Assembly: GCA_028279805.1 (NCBI GenBank)
Contig: JANQMZ010000007.1
Span: 420,001-452,000 of the forward strand
Origin: an archaeon
GTDB lineage: Archaea > Iainarchaeota > Iainarchaeia > Iainarchaeales > JANQMZ01
DNA: 32,000 nt
Direction: 5' to 3'
Shown piece by piece: positions 1 through 8,406 of this stretch; the first letter of the stretch is position 1, and every line of letters begins with the position of its first letter. A program made the position numbers and the translations under genes. The notes beneath the pieces are model-generated. The model saw only the letters and a program-made list of their open reading frames with translations. It made no database searches and was not told the DNA's origin.

Positions 1-286
1 TAATATTAGTTGGAACTTTAACCTTGTTTAATCTTCTTGTAATTTTGCTCCAGCCGGCTAAAACAAAATAACCAACAACTGTAACAATCAATGCAACTGT
101 TATGTCAACAAACAAAGGAGATTCAGAAAAAGCCAATGTGACATATTTGTCAATAAAAGTTCGGAAAGCCTGAGCCCAGAAAATTGCAATAGCAACAATA
201 ATTCCAAACCTTAAATTTTGAGGAACATTTTTTCCAATATCCGAAACAGGTTTTTTGTAATGCTTAATAATTTTCTTTTCAGGCAT
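1..286 (-). CDS. Small membrane protein (DUF5654-like), truncated at the window edge
   Basis: Minus-strand frame from ATG at 286: MPEKKIIKHYKKPVSDIGKNVPQNLRFGIIVAIAIFWAQAFRTFIDKYVTLAF..., open to position 1; two hydrophobic segments. Confidence 0.6.
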   Translation of the reverse strand, partial: MPEKKIIKHYKKPVSDIGKNVPQNLRFGIIVAIAIFWAQAFRTFIDKYVTLAFSESPLFVDITVALIVTVVGYFVLAGWSKITRRLNKVKVPTNI

Positions 287-318
287 TTAAAAAAAAAGTG
301 TTTTTTACTATTTAATGA

Positions 319-633
319 TTACATTACACCCAAAAAAGTTCTGGTAAAATGTCTTTTTGACACTTTAAAAGCCTGTTTTCCTTCACCGGTTAAACTGTAA
401 ACAATTGTTTTACCTTGTTTTTTTTCTTTAATAAAACCGGAATTTTTAAGGCTTTTTAAGGCCGGATAAATTGTTCCCGGGCTCGGCCTGGAACCTTTTC
501 TTTTTTCCAGTTCATCAGCAAGTTCCTGGCCATGCATAGATTTTTTTGACAATAAAAATAAAATCAAAAATGACAGCATTCCGCGCATATCACAGCAATT
601 ATGATATTTGTGATAATGACCCTTCATACACAT
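319..633 (-). CDS. PadR-family transcriptional regulator
   Basis: LLSKKSMHGQELADELEKRKGSRPSPGTIYPALKSLKNSGFIKEKKQGKTIVYSLTGEGKQ is a typical PadR winged-helix pattern. Confidence 0.85.
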   Translation of the reverse strand: MCMKGHYHKYHNCCDMRGMLSFLILFLLSKKSMHGQELADELEKRKGSRPSPGTIYPALKSLKNSGFIKEKKQGKTIVYSLTGEGKQAFKVSKRHFTRTFLGVM

Positions 634-667
634 ATTGGATGTCCGATAGGTTTAAAAACAAAAAGGT

Positions 668-687
668 TTATATCGTATATACGATAT
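668..687. promoter_or_regulatory. 20-bp perfect palindrome TTATATCGTATACGATATAA overlapping TATA-like sequence; candidate PadR operator
   Basis: Direct reading; lies between divergent padR-like gene and small Cys-rich ORF. Confidence 0.6.
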
Positions 688-702
688 AACGGAGGTTGAT
701 AA

Positions 703-872
703 AAATGGGTTATGGTAATTGCTCATGTCATGGTTATAGTTATCGTGGAAGTGGCAGAAGTTTTTTAACAAAAGAAGAAAAAATTGAAATGTTAAAAGAC
801 TATCAAGATTCTTTGGAAAAAGAAGCTAAAGGCATTTCTGAAAGAATTGCTGAACTGGAAAAGAATAATTAA
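703..872 (+). CDS. Small Cys-containing hypothetical protein (MGYGNCSCHGYSYRGSGRSFLTKEEKIEMLKDYQDSLEKEAKGISERIAELEKNN); below the track's length cutoff, coordinates approximate
   Basis: ATG preceded by ggaggttgat (Shine-Dalgarno-like); C-terminal coiled-coil like. Confidence 0.6.
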
Positions 873-951
873 TTCTTTTCCTTTTTTTCACTTTTTTGTT
901 AATCAAAAACTATTTAAATGAAAAAATCATAATCAAGCTGAGGTGAAATGA

Positions 952-1374
952 ATGCTTGAAACACAGGTTAGCTTGATAGGCGTGGTTGTAGCAGCAGTTG
1001 CAAGTATGATTGCAGGCTTTTTGTGGTACTCTCCTGCTTTGTTCGGAAAAAAATGGGCAAGTCTGAAAGGGTTTAAAATGAAAACCAAGGAAGACATGAA
1101 AAAAATGCAGGAAAAAGCAAAACCGGCATACATTGGTTCATTTGCAGCAGCACTGGTTACAGCATGGATTTTATCACAGTTTTTGATTTTAACACAGGCA
1201 ACAACATTAATGGCTGCAGCAACAACAGCTTTCTGGATTTGGTTTGGTTTTATTGCAACAACAATGTTTGCAATGCACTTGTTCAGCGAACAGTCAAAAG
1301 AACTTTACCTGATTGATGTCGGACACCAGCTTGTATCACTTATTGTAATGGCAGAAGTTCTGGTTTTATTATAA
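952..1374 (+). CDS. DUF1761-like integral membrane protein
   Basis: FLWYSPALFGKKWASLKGF near N-terminus plus several hydrophobic helices, typical of DUF1761. Confidence 0.65.
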   Translation: MLETQVSLIGVVVAAVASMIAGFLWYSPALFGKKWASLKGFKMKTKEDMKKMQEKAKPAYIGSFAAALVTAWILSQFLILTQATTLMAAATTAFWIWFGFIATTMFAMHLFSEQSKELYLIDVGHQLVSLIVMAEVLVLL

Positions 1375-1439
1375 AAACCAGGATTTTTTCTTTTTTTTAT
1401 AACGAAACAAATTTATACGGGTAAATGTAAATACTTGAT

Positions 1440-2033
1440 ATGCAAAAAAGACCATACCTTGTTTCTCTGGCAATAATTCTGATTTTGGCATGGTATTATT
1501 TTATTTTCCGCGCATTCCCAATAACATTAGGATTTGTTAATGCAGTTGTTGCTTTTGCTTCAACTTTTATTATCAGCTTGTCTTTTTTGTTCGGGCCACT
1601 GGCAAAATTTGTAAAATTTTTCGGCAAATATTTGCATGACAGAAAAGATTATGGATTGATTGGATTTGGTTTGGCTGCACTGCATACTTTTTTAGCAGTT
1701 CCAAACATGTTAAGCAATAATAAGGAAATTTTGTTGGCTGATGCCGGTTCACTGGCTTTTGCCGCCATTGCATTTGCAATTTTTATTTTAATGGCTTTAA
1801 CATCCACAAATGAATGGATGCAAAGCCTTGGTTATAATAACTGGAAAAATTTGCAGAGAACAGGTTATCTGGCTTTTTTGTTTGTGGCATTTCACATTGT
1901 TTTGCTGGAAAGTGGCATATTTTTGACAAGAACAATTGGCATGATAGCATTAAGCGTTATTTTGGGAATAATTTTGTTAAGAATTATTGCTTCCATTTTT
2001 GGAATGCCTGCTCTGGAAAAAATAAAAGTTTGA
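1440..2033 (+). CDS. Ferric-reductase-like transmembrane protein
   Basis: Multiple TM helices with conserved His positions (GLAALHTFLAVPNM, NLQRTGYLAFLFVAFHIVLL). Confidence 0.6.
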   Translation: MQKRPYLVSLAIILILAWYYFIFRAFPITLGFVNAVVAFASTFIISLSFLFGPLAKFVKFFGKYLHDRKDYGLIGFGLAALHTFLAVPNMLSNNKEILLADAGSLAFAAIAFAIFILMALTSTNEWMQSLGYNNWKNLQRTGYLAFLFVAFHIVLLESGIFLTRTIGMIALSVILGIILLRIIASIFGMPALEKIKV

Positions 2034-2034
2034 G

Positions 2035-2751
2035 TTATTTTTTCATTAATTCTTTTTTTTCTTTTACAGTGAAACGTTCAATTGCATAACGCAACGTAGT
2101 TCTTGGTAGTTTTAATTTGTTTTTTCTTAAAAATTTTAATACTGGAGGCTTGTTGGCTTTTGCTGCTTCACGTAAAGTCCAGCCCATTGCTTTTTGAACC
2201 AAATCATCCTCTTCTTTTAACATTCTGGAAACGGTTTTAACAACTTGATTTGAATAATCATTGTTTCTTGCAATGTTAACATATGAAACCAGGGAACATC
2301 TGCGCAGCCAGCGGTTTTTGCTTTTATGCCAGGAAAAAATTTTTGATTTTAAGGATGGAAATTCCGTTATTAAATAACCTATTGGGTTGGGGCATAAGCT
2401 GTCACAATAAGCCCAGTTTGTTATATATTTTTTTATCCATTTTTCAAACACGTTCAGGGTTTGTTTTGAATAGTCTTTTTGAAATCTGGAAATTAGAAAA
2501 AAAGCAAAAATGCTTTGTTCAAATAAGTCGTCTTTTAACAATTCTTCACATAAAATAACAGCTTCTTTGTAAGTTAAATCCGGATGTTTTTTGTGAAATT
2601 CTTTAACCAAAAGCCTTACTTTTGGCATTCTAATTCCTAACGGGTTAACTTTTTCTTTAAAAAAATATTTAACGTTGGGAATAAATTTTTTGTTTGAATT
2701 TTTTTTAAGCAACAATTTTGCTTCTTTTTTTAATGCATTAATGTTTGCCAT
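2035..2751 (-). CDS. DNA alkylation repair protein, AlkD-like HEAT repeat
   Basis: NPLGIRMPKVRLLVKEF, NWAYCDSLC, WLRRCSLVS, KAMGWTLREAAK motifs. Confidence 0.8.
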   Translation of the reverse strand: MANINALKKEAKLLLKKNSNKKFIPNVKYFFKEKVNPLGIRMPKVRLLVKEFHKKHPDLTYKEAVILCEELLKDDLFEQSIFAFFLISRFQKDYSKQTLNVFEKWIKKYITNWAYCDSLCPNPIGYLITEFPSLKSKIFSWHKSKNRWLRRCSLVSYVNIARNNDYSNQVVKTVSRMLKEEDDLVQKAMGWTLREAAKANKPPVLKFLRKNKLKLPRTTLRYAIERFTVKEKKELMKK

Positions 2752-2760
2752 TAGAATCAG

Positions 2761-3111
2761 CTATAACAAGTCGCCTATTTTATTTTTCTTTTTTTCAAGC
2801 TTCTTTTTTTTACTTTCAGGAATTGTTGCTTCAACAGTTTCTTCAACTTTTTGAGATTTATCCAAAACATCGTCAAGTTTTTTTTCAATATCTTCAAGCT
2901 TTTGGTTAACCTGTTTTTCCCTGTGAAAAAAGAATAACACCCAGAACAAAAAGTTTGCAACAACCGCTTTTCCGACATCAAATGCGGATGGCAAATCAAG
3001 TTTTAACTGATCAAGCTGAATAAAAGCCAAAACCAGGACCAGATAAGCAACCAAAGCGAGAGTGCCCCGAAACAAAAGGCTTCCAATTGTCCTGAAATCA
3101 ATTTCTTTCAT
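2761..3111 (-). CDS. Small membrane protein with charged coiled-coil tail
   Basis: ORF with TM segments followed by KLEDIEKKLDDVLDKSQKVEETVE. Confidence 0.5.
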   Translation of the reverse strand: MKEIDFRTIGSLLFRGTLALVAYLVLVLAFIQLDQLKLDLPSAFDVGKAVVANFLFWVLFFFHREKQVNQKLEDIEKKLDDVLDKSQKVEETVEATIPESKKKKLEKKKNKIGDLL

Positions 3112-3142
3112 ATAACCAGAACAGCTTTGAAATATTTAAACT

Positions 3143-3742
3143 TTAATTTATTTCAAGAATTTGTTTAACCCTTTTTTTATCATGGTTTAATTCGTAAAAA
3201 AATCCTTTGCCTCTTTTAACTTTTCTAAAAAATCGTTCAATTAAAGCCATATATAAATGAATTTGTTCCGGGTTTGGGTCAAGAATTATTCTCAAACCCT
3301 GCCTTATCTTTTCCCTGTGTTCAAAAAGAAATTCTGATAACAAAAATTCGGAGGGATGCATTCCGAGTTTTTCTCCGAATTTTTTGCTTTCCCTTGTTTC
3401 AGCTTCAGCAGACCATTTCCAGTAACCCGGCTGGCCGATATACTGAGTCCTTTCCCTTTGAATTGAAAAAATTCTCACAAGATTTGAAGCTATTGGAGAA
3501 TGCTGTAAAGTAACTCTTGCACGCCCGCTCCCGTCAGATAAAACAAAGTGGGGATTATTAGTCCAGCCTTGTTGTAAAGGATTTAAAACGGCAGGTTTTC
3601 TGTCCACATAATCCCAGCCATTTACTGTTTTAAAAGAAAAAGAATTTTCAACAGCTTTGCTTCTATGAGGAACAGTTGAAAATGAAACAGGTTTGGATGT
3701 TTGTCGTTTTACTTTTTTTCCGGTTTTTACAAATTTTCCCAT
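3143..3742 (-). CDS. Hypothetical protein
   Basis: Long ORF; internal ATG (MGKFVKTGKK) preferred over track start at 3880, which overlaps the divergent gene. Confidence 0.5.
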   Translation of the reverse strand: MGKFVKTGKKVKRQTSKPVSFSTVPHRSKAVENSFSFKTVNGWDYVDRKPAVLNPLQQGWTNNPHFVLSDGSGRARVTLQHSPIASNLVRIFSIQRERTQYIGQPGYWKWSAEAETRESKKFGEKLGMHPSEFLLSEFLFEHREKIRQGLRIILDPNPEQIHLYMALIERFFRKVKRGKGFFYELNHDKKRVKQILEIN

Positions 3743-3824
3743 AAAAAAATAATGCTTTAAATGTTTATAAAAATTGGTAAAATCTGGCAAAAACATTAAA
3801 AAAAGAAAAAAACAATACACTTGA

Positions 3825-4595
3825 ATGAAAACAGAAAAAGTTGAATTTGAAAATTCAAGAGGGCAAAAAATTGTCGGCATTTTGGATTTGCCTCAGGAAA
3901 AAAATCCCGAAATTATTATAATTTGCCATTCTTTTACAGGTTACAAAGAATTAAAACAATTGCACGCCATAGCCAAAAAATCTGTTGAAAAAGGATTTGC
4001 AGCTTTAAGATTTGATTTTTCAGACTGCATCGGAGAATCAGGCGGAACATGTGAGGAAATGAAACTGGATAATCAGGTAAATGATGCAATATCGGCACTG
4101 GATTTTGTTGAAACACTTGAAGGAATTAACAAAGAAAAAATCGGAATCTGCGGCCATTCACTGGGCGGGACAACAGCAATAAATGCAGCTGTTGATAATC
4201 GTGTGAAAGCATTGGTTTCAATTGCAGCTTTAGCCAAACCGGAATGGGAGCATTTGTTTGATGATGAAAAAGTAAAACAATGGAAGCAACAGGGCTGGAT
4301 TGAATTTCAGTCACACAAAAAAGGCCCGGTTAAAATAAATTATTCTTTTTATGAAAATATTATCAAGCATAAGTGCGGTGAAACAATTAAAGAAATAAAT
4401 TGCCCTGTTCGCGTTTTACATGGCACCAAAGATGAATTGCTGGATTTAATGAATGCCGCTTACCTGTATGACAATGCAAAGGAACCAAAAGACATTAAAT
4501 TAATTGAAAATGCGGATCATTTGTTTTTAACATCGCCTTACATGGAAAAAATGGCGGAATTAACAGTTGACTGGTTTGAAAAAAATTTAAAATAA
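3825..4595 (+). CDS. Alpha/beta hydrolase (serine aminopeptidase/esterase-like)
   Basis: IIICHSFTGYKE, GICGHSLGGTTAIN nucleophile elbow, CPVRVLHGTKDELL, NADHLF. Confidence 0.85.
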   Translation: MKTEKVEFENSRGQKIVGILDLPQEKNPEIIIICHSFTGYKELKQLHAIAKKSVEKGFAALRFDFSDCIGESGGTCEEMKLDNQVNDAISALDFVETLEGINKEKIGICGHSLGGTTAINAAVDNRVKALVSIAALAKPEWEHLFDDEKVKQWKQQGWIEFQSHKKGPVKINYSFYENIIKHKCGETIKEINCPVRVLHGTKDELLDLMNAAYLYDNAKEPKDIKLIENADHLFLTSPYMEKMAELTVDWFEKNLK

Positions 4596-4667
4596 AAAAA
4601 AGTTAAAAAGATTTTATTCAAAGTGGCACATAAGAAAAAGTATTAAGAAAAAAAGTTTTTTTTATTT

Positions 4668-4826
4668 TTATTCTGATGCTTCTGCAGCAGGTTCTTCAGG
4701 CGAACCGGATTCATCTTCTGCAGCCGGTGCTTGTTCTTCCACAGCACTCATTGCAGCACCACAGTGTTCAGGAGCTTCTTCCGCTTCTGCTGTTGCTCCG
4801 CAACTTTCACATTTAAAAGTTGTCAT
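4668..4826 (-). CDS. Small zinc-ribbon-like protein with acidic Ala/Glu tail
   Basis: Minus-strand MTTFKCESCGATAEAEEAPEHCGAAMSAVEEQAPAAEDESGSPEEPAAEASE; gaggag-like SD upstream; below track cutoff. Confidence 0.6.
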   Translation of the reverse strand: MTTFKCESCGATAEAEEAPEHCGAAMSAVEEQAPAAEDESGSPEEPAAEASE

Positions 4827-4941
4827 AAAATATCTCCTCCCTAAAAGTTGATAATTTGATAAGCTGAGGGTTTTTTTATATAAAAGTGTTTTCCCAGTTC
4901 CAAAACCGGGCTATAAAAGGCTTAAGCTTGATTTAAAAAGA

Positions 4942-4989
4942 ACCTGTTAACCTGTTTGCTTTTTGCTAACAAATTGTTTTCTAACAGGT
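4942..4989. repeat. Inverted repeat ACCTGTTA...TAACAGGT in leader of the 5097 gene
   Basis: 8-nt perfect complementary arms at 4942-4949 and 4982-4989. Confidence 0.4.
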
Positions 4990-5096
4990 ATAACCAAAAA
5001 TGCGTTATCATAAAGCTAATAGTCTTTATCTTTTTAGAAAGTGTATTAAAAAAGCCTGACATAATTTACTGACCAAAAAAAAGGAGGAGTAAAAAA

Positions 5097-6647
5097 ATGA
5101 AAAAAATTGTAATAATACTGATTGTGATGACTTTAATGTCAGGACTTGTCTGGGCAAAAGAGGTTAATGTAAAATTTAATTTTCCTCTTGATTTTGCAAC
5201 ACAGGATGTTTTTGATACTGTGACAATAAATAATGATGAAAATGCTTACACTGCATTTGTTTTGGCAGCGCAAGCAAATAACATTGAACTTTCAATAGAC
5301 TATTATGATTTTGATGGTGATGGTTCATTGGAATCGGCTTTCATAAGCAAAATTGATGGCTTGGGAGCATCAGAAGACTGGAGTGAATACTGGCAGTTTT
5401 CACAAAATAATTCATCTTCTTTTGTGGGAATAAGTGCAAGTTTTCCTGATGACGGGGATACTGTTTCACTGGATTATCTGAACGGATTTGAGGAGGATGC
5501 AATTGAATGGCTTGCCGACAACCAAAAGGAAAGCGGAATTATTGGCAACAACTCTTTTCAGAATTCTTTTGCATTAATGGGATTGTCAATGGCGGGACAA
5601 AACAATGTAAGTTTAGATTCAGGCATTGTAAACGATGCAATTGACAATCTTTTAACACACCAGGAAAATGATGCAGGGTTCGGAAACGATTTGACAACAG
5701 CAACAGCGATAATGGCCTTGCTTTCAAACGGAAAAGAATTAACAGATTTTTTAAAAACAGGAAAAAACAGCATTGAAAACTTAAGAGAAAACCAGATGGA
5801 TGACGGTGGTTTTAAAAGCGGTTCAAATGAAAGCGATGTTGACACAACTTCATGGGCAATGATTTCATTTGCACAGGCAGGATACCAAATGCCTGAAAAT
5901 GATGATGGCAAAAGCCCTGTTGATTATTTGCTTTCGGCACAGCATGAAAACGGTTCTTATGGTTACAATGCTTCAGATTTAAAAGAGAGCATTGATTTTA
6001 CAGAGGAAGCATTAATTGCTTTGGCTGTTGCAAACCGGTCAGCTGAAAATTCGGTTAACTGGCTTTCATCAAAACAAAACGAACAGGGATGCATAAGTGA
6101 CGGGTTCAGGACTGCATTGGGAAGCATTGCTTTCAGAATGCACGGAGAAACAGATAAAGCGGATAAAGCTTTAGAATGCTTAAAAACGCTGGCAAAAGGG
6201 GATGGAAGTTTTGGAAGAACAACCAATTCTTCAAATGCCCTGGACACAGGCTTAGCTTTAATTGCTTTAAGTTCTGAAGAATTTCCTTTAACAGTTTCAG
6301 AATCATTGGATACAGATGGAATGGCCGGCTTGAATTCAATTGTAAAATTTGTTGTTCAGATTAAAAACACGGGAAAAGTTAAAGCTGAAAATGTCAGCAT
6401 AACATTGGATGGTTTGGCTGAAAACTGGGTTTTTGATTCAGGACAAGGTTCAATTGATTTTTTTGACGAAATAAAACCGGGAGAAACAAAGACTGCTGAA
6501 ATTTTTGCCCAGATGAAAGATGTTGGAAACTTTGAAGTTAAAGCAAATGTTTCAACAAAAACACGCCTGAATGACACAAGTTCAACAAATTTTGTAGAAG
6601 TGAACGTTGAACAGGCAAAACTGGATGTTTCAATAGGATTTGAATAA
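5097..6647 (+). CDS. Secreted protein: N-terminal DUF4430-like region, prenyltransferase/transcobalamin-like alpha/alpha-barrel repeats, C-terminal CARDB/Ig-like domain
   Basis: Signal peptide MKKIVIILIVMTLMSGLVWA; repeats such as WLADNQKESG, NLRENQMDDGGFKSGSN, YLLSAQHENGSYGY, WLSSKQNEQGCISDGF, LAKGDGSFGR; C-term IKNTGKVKAENVSITLDGL. Confidence 0.7.
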   Translation: MKKIVIILIVMTLMSGLVWAKEVNVKFNFPLDFATQDVFDTVTINNDENAYTAFVLAAQANNIELSIDYYDFDGDGSLESAFISKIDGLGASEDWSEYWQFSQNNSSSFVGISASFPDDGDTVSLDYLNGFEEDAIEWLADNQKESGIIGNNSFQNSFALMGLSMAGQNNVSLDSGIVNDAIDNLLTHQENDAGFGNDLTTATAIMALLSNGKELTDFLKTGKNSIENLRENQMDDGGFKSGSNESDVDTTSWAMISFAQAGYQMPENDDGKSPVDYLLSAQHENGSYGYNASDLKESIDFTEEALIALAVANRSAENSVNWLSSKQNEQGCISDGFRTALGSIAFRMHGETDKADKALECLKTLAKGDGSFGRTTNSSNALDTGLALIALSSEEFPLTVSESLDTDGMAGLNSIVKFVVQIKNTGKVKAENVSITLDGLAENWVFDSGQGSIDFFDEIKPGETKTAEIFAQMKDVGNFEVKANVSTKTRLNDTSSTNFVEVNVEQAKLDVSIGFE

Positions 6648-7127
6648 ATGAACAAAAAAGAAATTAAAAGAATTGCAGTTATTCTTGCCGGCTTGGGAAT
6701 AGCTGCAATTTTTCTTTTTTTTGTCAATTCTTCAGGCACAGGTTTTGTTGCATTGGCAGAAGAAAATTCTGAGGAAAAAAATTTTTTTGAATCGGAAGAA
6801 AAACTTTCAAACAGTTTGTCTTTTCAGGTTGTAAAAAAAACAGAACTAAAAACAGAGCTTGTTCAGGGAATTTTGCAAAATTGTCCGCAGTATTCAAATC
6901 TTGTTTTTAATGTTCAGAACATAGGCAAAAATTTGGCTGAAAGATTGTTTGTTGAATATCCTTCCAATTTAAAGGTTAAAAATTGTTTAAACTGTTCAGT
7001 AAAAGAAATAAAACCAAAACAAATTGTTAAAATAACATTAAATGCATGCAAGTCAAATGATTCAAAAATTGGCGTAAATTTTTCATCAATTAACACGGAA
7101 AAAAACACAATAAAAATTGAAAAATAA
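6648..7127 (+). CDS. Membrane-anchored extracytoplasmic protein, likely co-transcribed partner of the 5097 gene
   Basis: ATG immediately follows upstream stop; N-terminal TM segment, then CARDB/Ig-like VQNIGKNLAERLFVEY. Confidence 0.6.
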   Translation: MNKKEIKRIAVILAGLGIAAIFLFFVNSSGTGFVALAEENSEEKNFFESEEKLSNSLSFQVVKKTELKTELVQGILQNCPQYSNLVFNVQNIGKNLAERLFVEYPSNLKVKNCLNCSVKEIKPKQIVKITLNACKSNDSKIGVNFSSINTEKNTIKIEK

Positions 7128-7154
7128 CGGAAATTTTATCAGGATTTGAATAAT

Positions 7155-7706
7155 TTATTTGCGCCTTAATCTTTGCCTGCCTCTGTCTGCAATATTTCTT
7201 TTATAAACATGAAAATCATCAGAATTATGCTTTTGTCCTCGTGAAGTTCTTCCCAAAACTTTGTTGCCATAAAGTCTTCCCGCTCTTGCGCCCTCCCTCG
7301 TAATAACTGTTCCGTAAATTTTTTCAAAACCTAATCTGATTAAATGTTCTTCAATTTCAGCCATATGATGCCAGCCCATTCTTGAATTTGGTTTGGTTAT
7401 GGTGTGACCCAGCCAGCAGGATTTTTCACCTTTTTCATTTCTTGCAGCAACTCCGCCGGTGTAAGCAACAACGTTTCCTTTTTTGTCAACGGCCAATGCA
7501 TAAAATTTTCCCGGTTTTTTTCTCAAAAACATTCTTCTAAAATTTTGAATCCTGTCACCAGGCTCTCTAACACGGGCAAAAGTCTGGTCAATTAAGGAAC
7601 GCACCTGTTCCCATAAACCGGTGTTTTGCCTGAATTCATCATGAGTTAAAAAAATCAGAGATAAATCATTTCTCCAGGAACCATGCTCTAAAACAACTTT
7701 TACCAT
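7155..7706 (-). CDS. GNAT-like N-acetyltransferase
   Basis: YALAVDKKGNVVAYTGGVAAR, GHTITKPNSRMGWHHMAEIEEHLIRLGFEKIYGTVITREGARAGRLYGNKVLG. Confidence 0.5.
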   Translation of the reverse strand: MVKVVLEHGSWRNDLSLIFLTHDEFRQNTGLWEQVRSLIDQTFARVREPGDRIQNFRRMFLRKKPGKFYALAVDKKGNVVAYTGGVAARNEKGEKSCWLGHTITKPNSRMGWHHMAEIEEHLIRLGFEKIYGTVITREGARAGRLYGNKVLGRTSRGQKHNSDDFHVYKRNIADRGRQRLRRK

Positions 7707-7794
7707 TAAAAATTAACTGTTTTAACATAAAAAAGGCTTTTCTTTTTTTGAATGAAAAGCTTTAAATTCTTTAAATATGATAAAATTGGATAAC

Positions 7795-8007
7795 ATGGCT
7801 AAAACAAGAAAAAAGGAAGGGAAGCCTTTACCTGAAACTGCTGACATGAAAATGTGGAAAAAAGAATATGAAAACATGTCAGAAGAAGAACATCATCAAA
7901 AACTAAAGCAATTAGGATTGTCTGACGAGGATATGAAAGAATTTGATGAGGTTTTGGAAGAGGAAAAAAAAGAAAAAAAATCAGAATCAGATGAAGATTC
8001 AGAGTAA
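7795..8007 (+). CDS. Small acidic hypothetical protein
   Basis: ORF, MAKTRKKEGKPLPETADMKMWKKEYENMSEEEHHQKLKQLG... Confidence 0.5.
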   Translation: MAKTRKKEGKPLPETADMKMWKKEYENMSEEEHHQKLKQLGLSDEDMKEFDEVLEEEKKEKKSESDEDSE

Positions 8008-8016
8008 AGATTGAAA

Positions 8017-8346
8017 ATGCTTTCAGCAAGTCTTTTTTTAAATTTTTTAGTAGATGTTGTTGCATTATTTTTTGTAGCAGGATTTTTTGGCGTTAAACAA
8101 AACAGAGCTGCTTCCGTTTTAATCATAACAATTGTATCTTACCTGGTCGGACATTTTGCCGTTCCCTTAATTGTTTCAAGCGTTTCATTCGGCATAGGAG
8201 CATTACTTGTAACACTTTTAGGCGTTTTATTCATACGCCTTGTAATGATCTGGATAGTTTTCAAAACAGGAATAGTAAACGGCTTAATGATCTGGATATT
8301 GTCTGCAGTAGTAAGCATAATATTCTCATTATACCTGCCGTTATAA
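8017..8346 (+). CDS. Small integral membrane protein
   Basis: ORF with several hydrophobic helices; ATG at 8017 preferred over TTG at 8011. Confidence 0.55.
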   Translation: MLSASLFLNFLVDVVALFFVAGFFGVKQNRAASVLIITIVSYLVGHFAVPLIVSSVSFGIGALLVTLLGVLFIRLVMIWIVFKTGIVNGLMIWILSAVVSIIFSLYLPL

Positions 8347-8406
8347 TTGGAACAAATCATGGCATAGATTTTTATTCTCTCCATTCTTTTTTTGTTATTG
8401 ATTCAA

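Noticed and set aside
3143-3880. Full-length 245-aa reading of this ORF
   Set aside because: The first ~46 residues overlap the divergent hydrolase gene; the internal ATG at 3742 is better placed.
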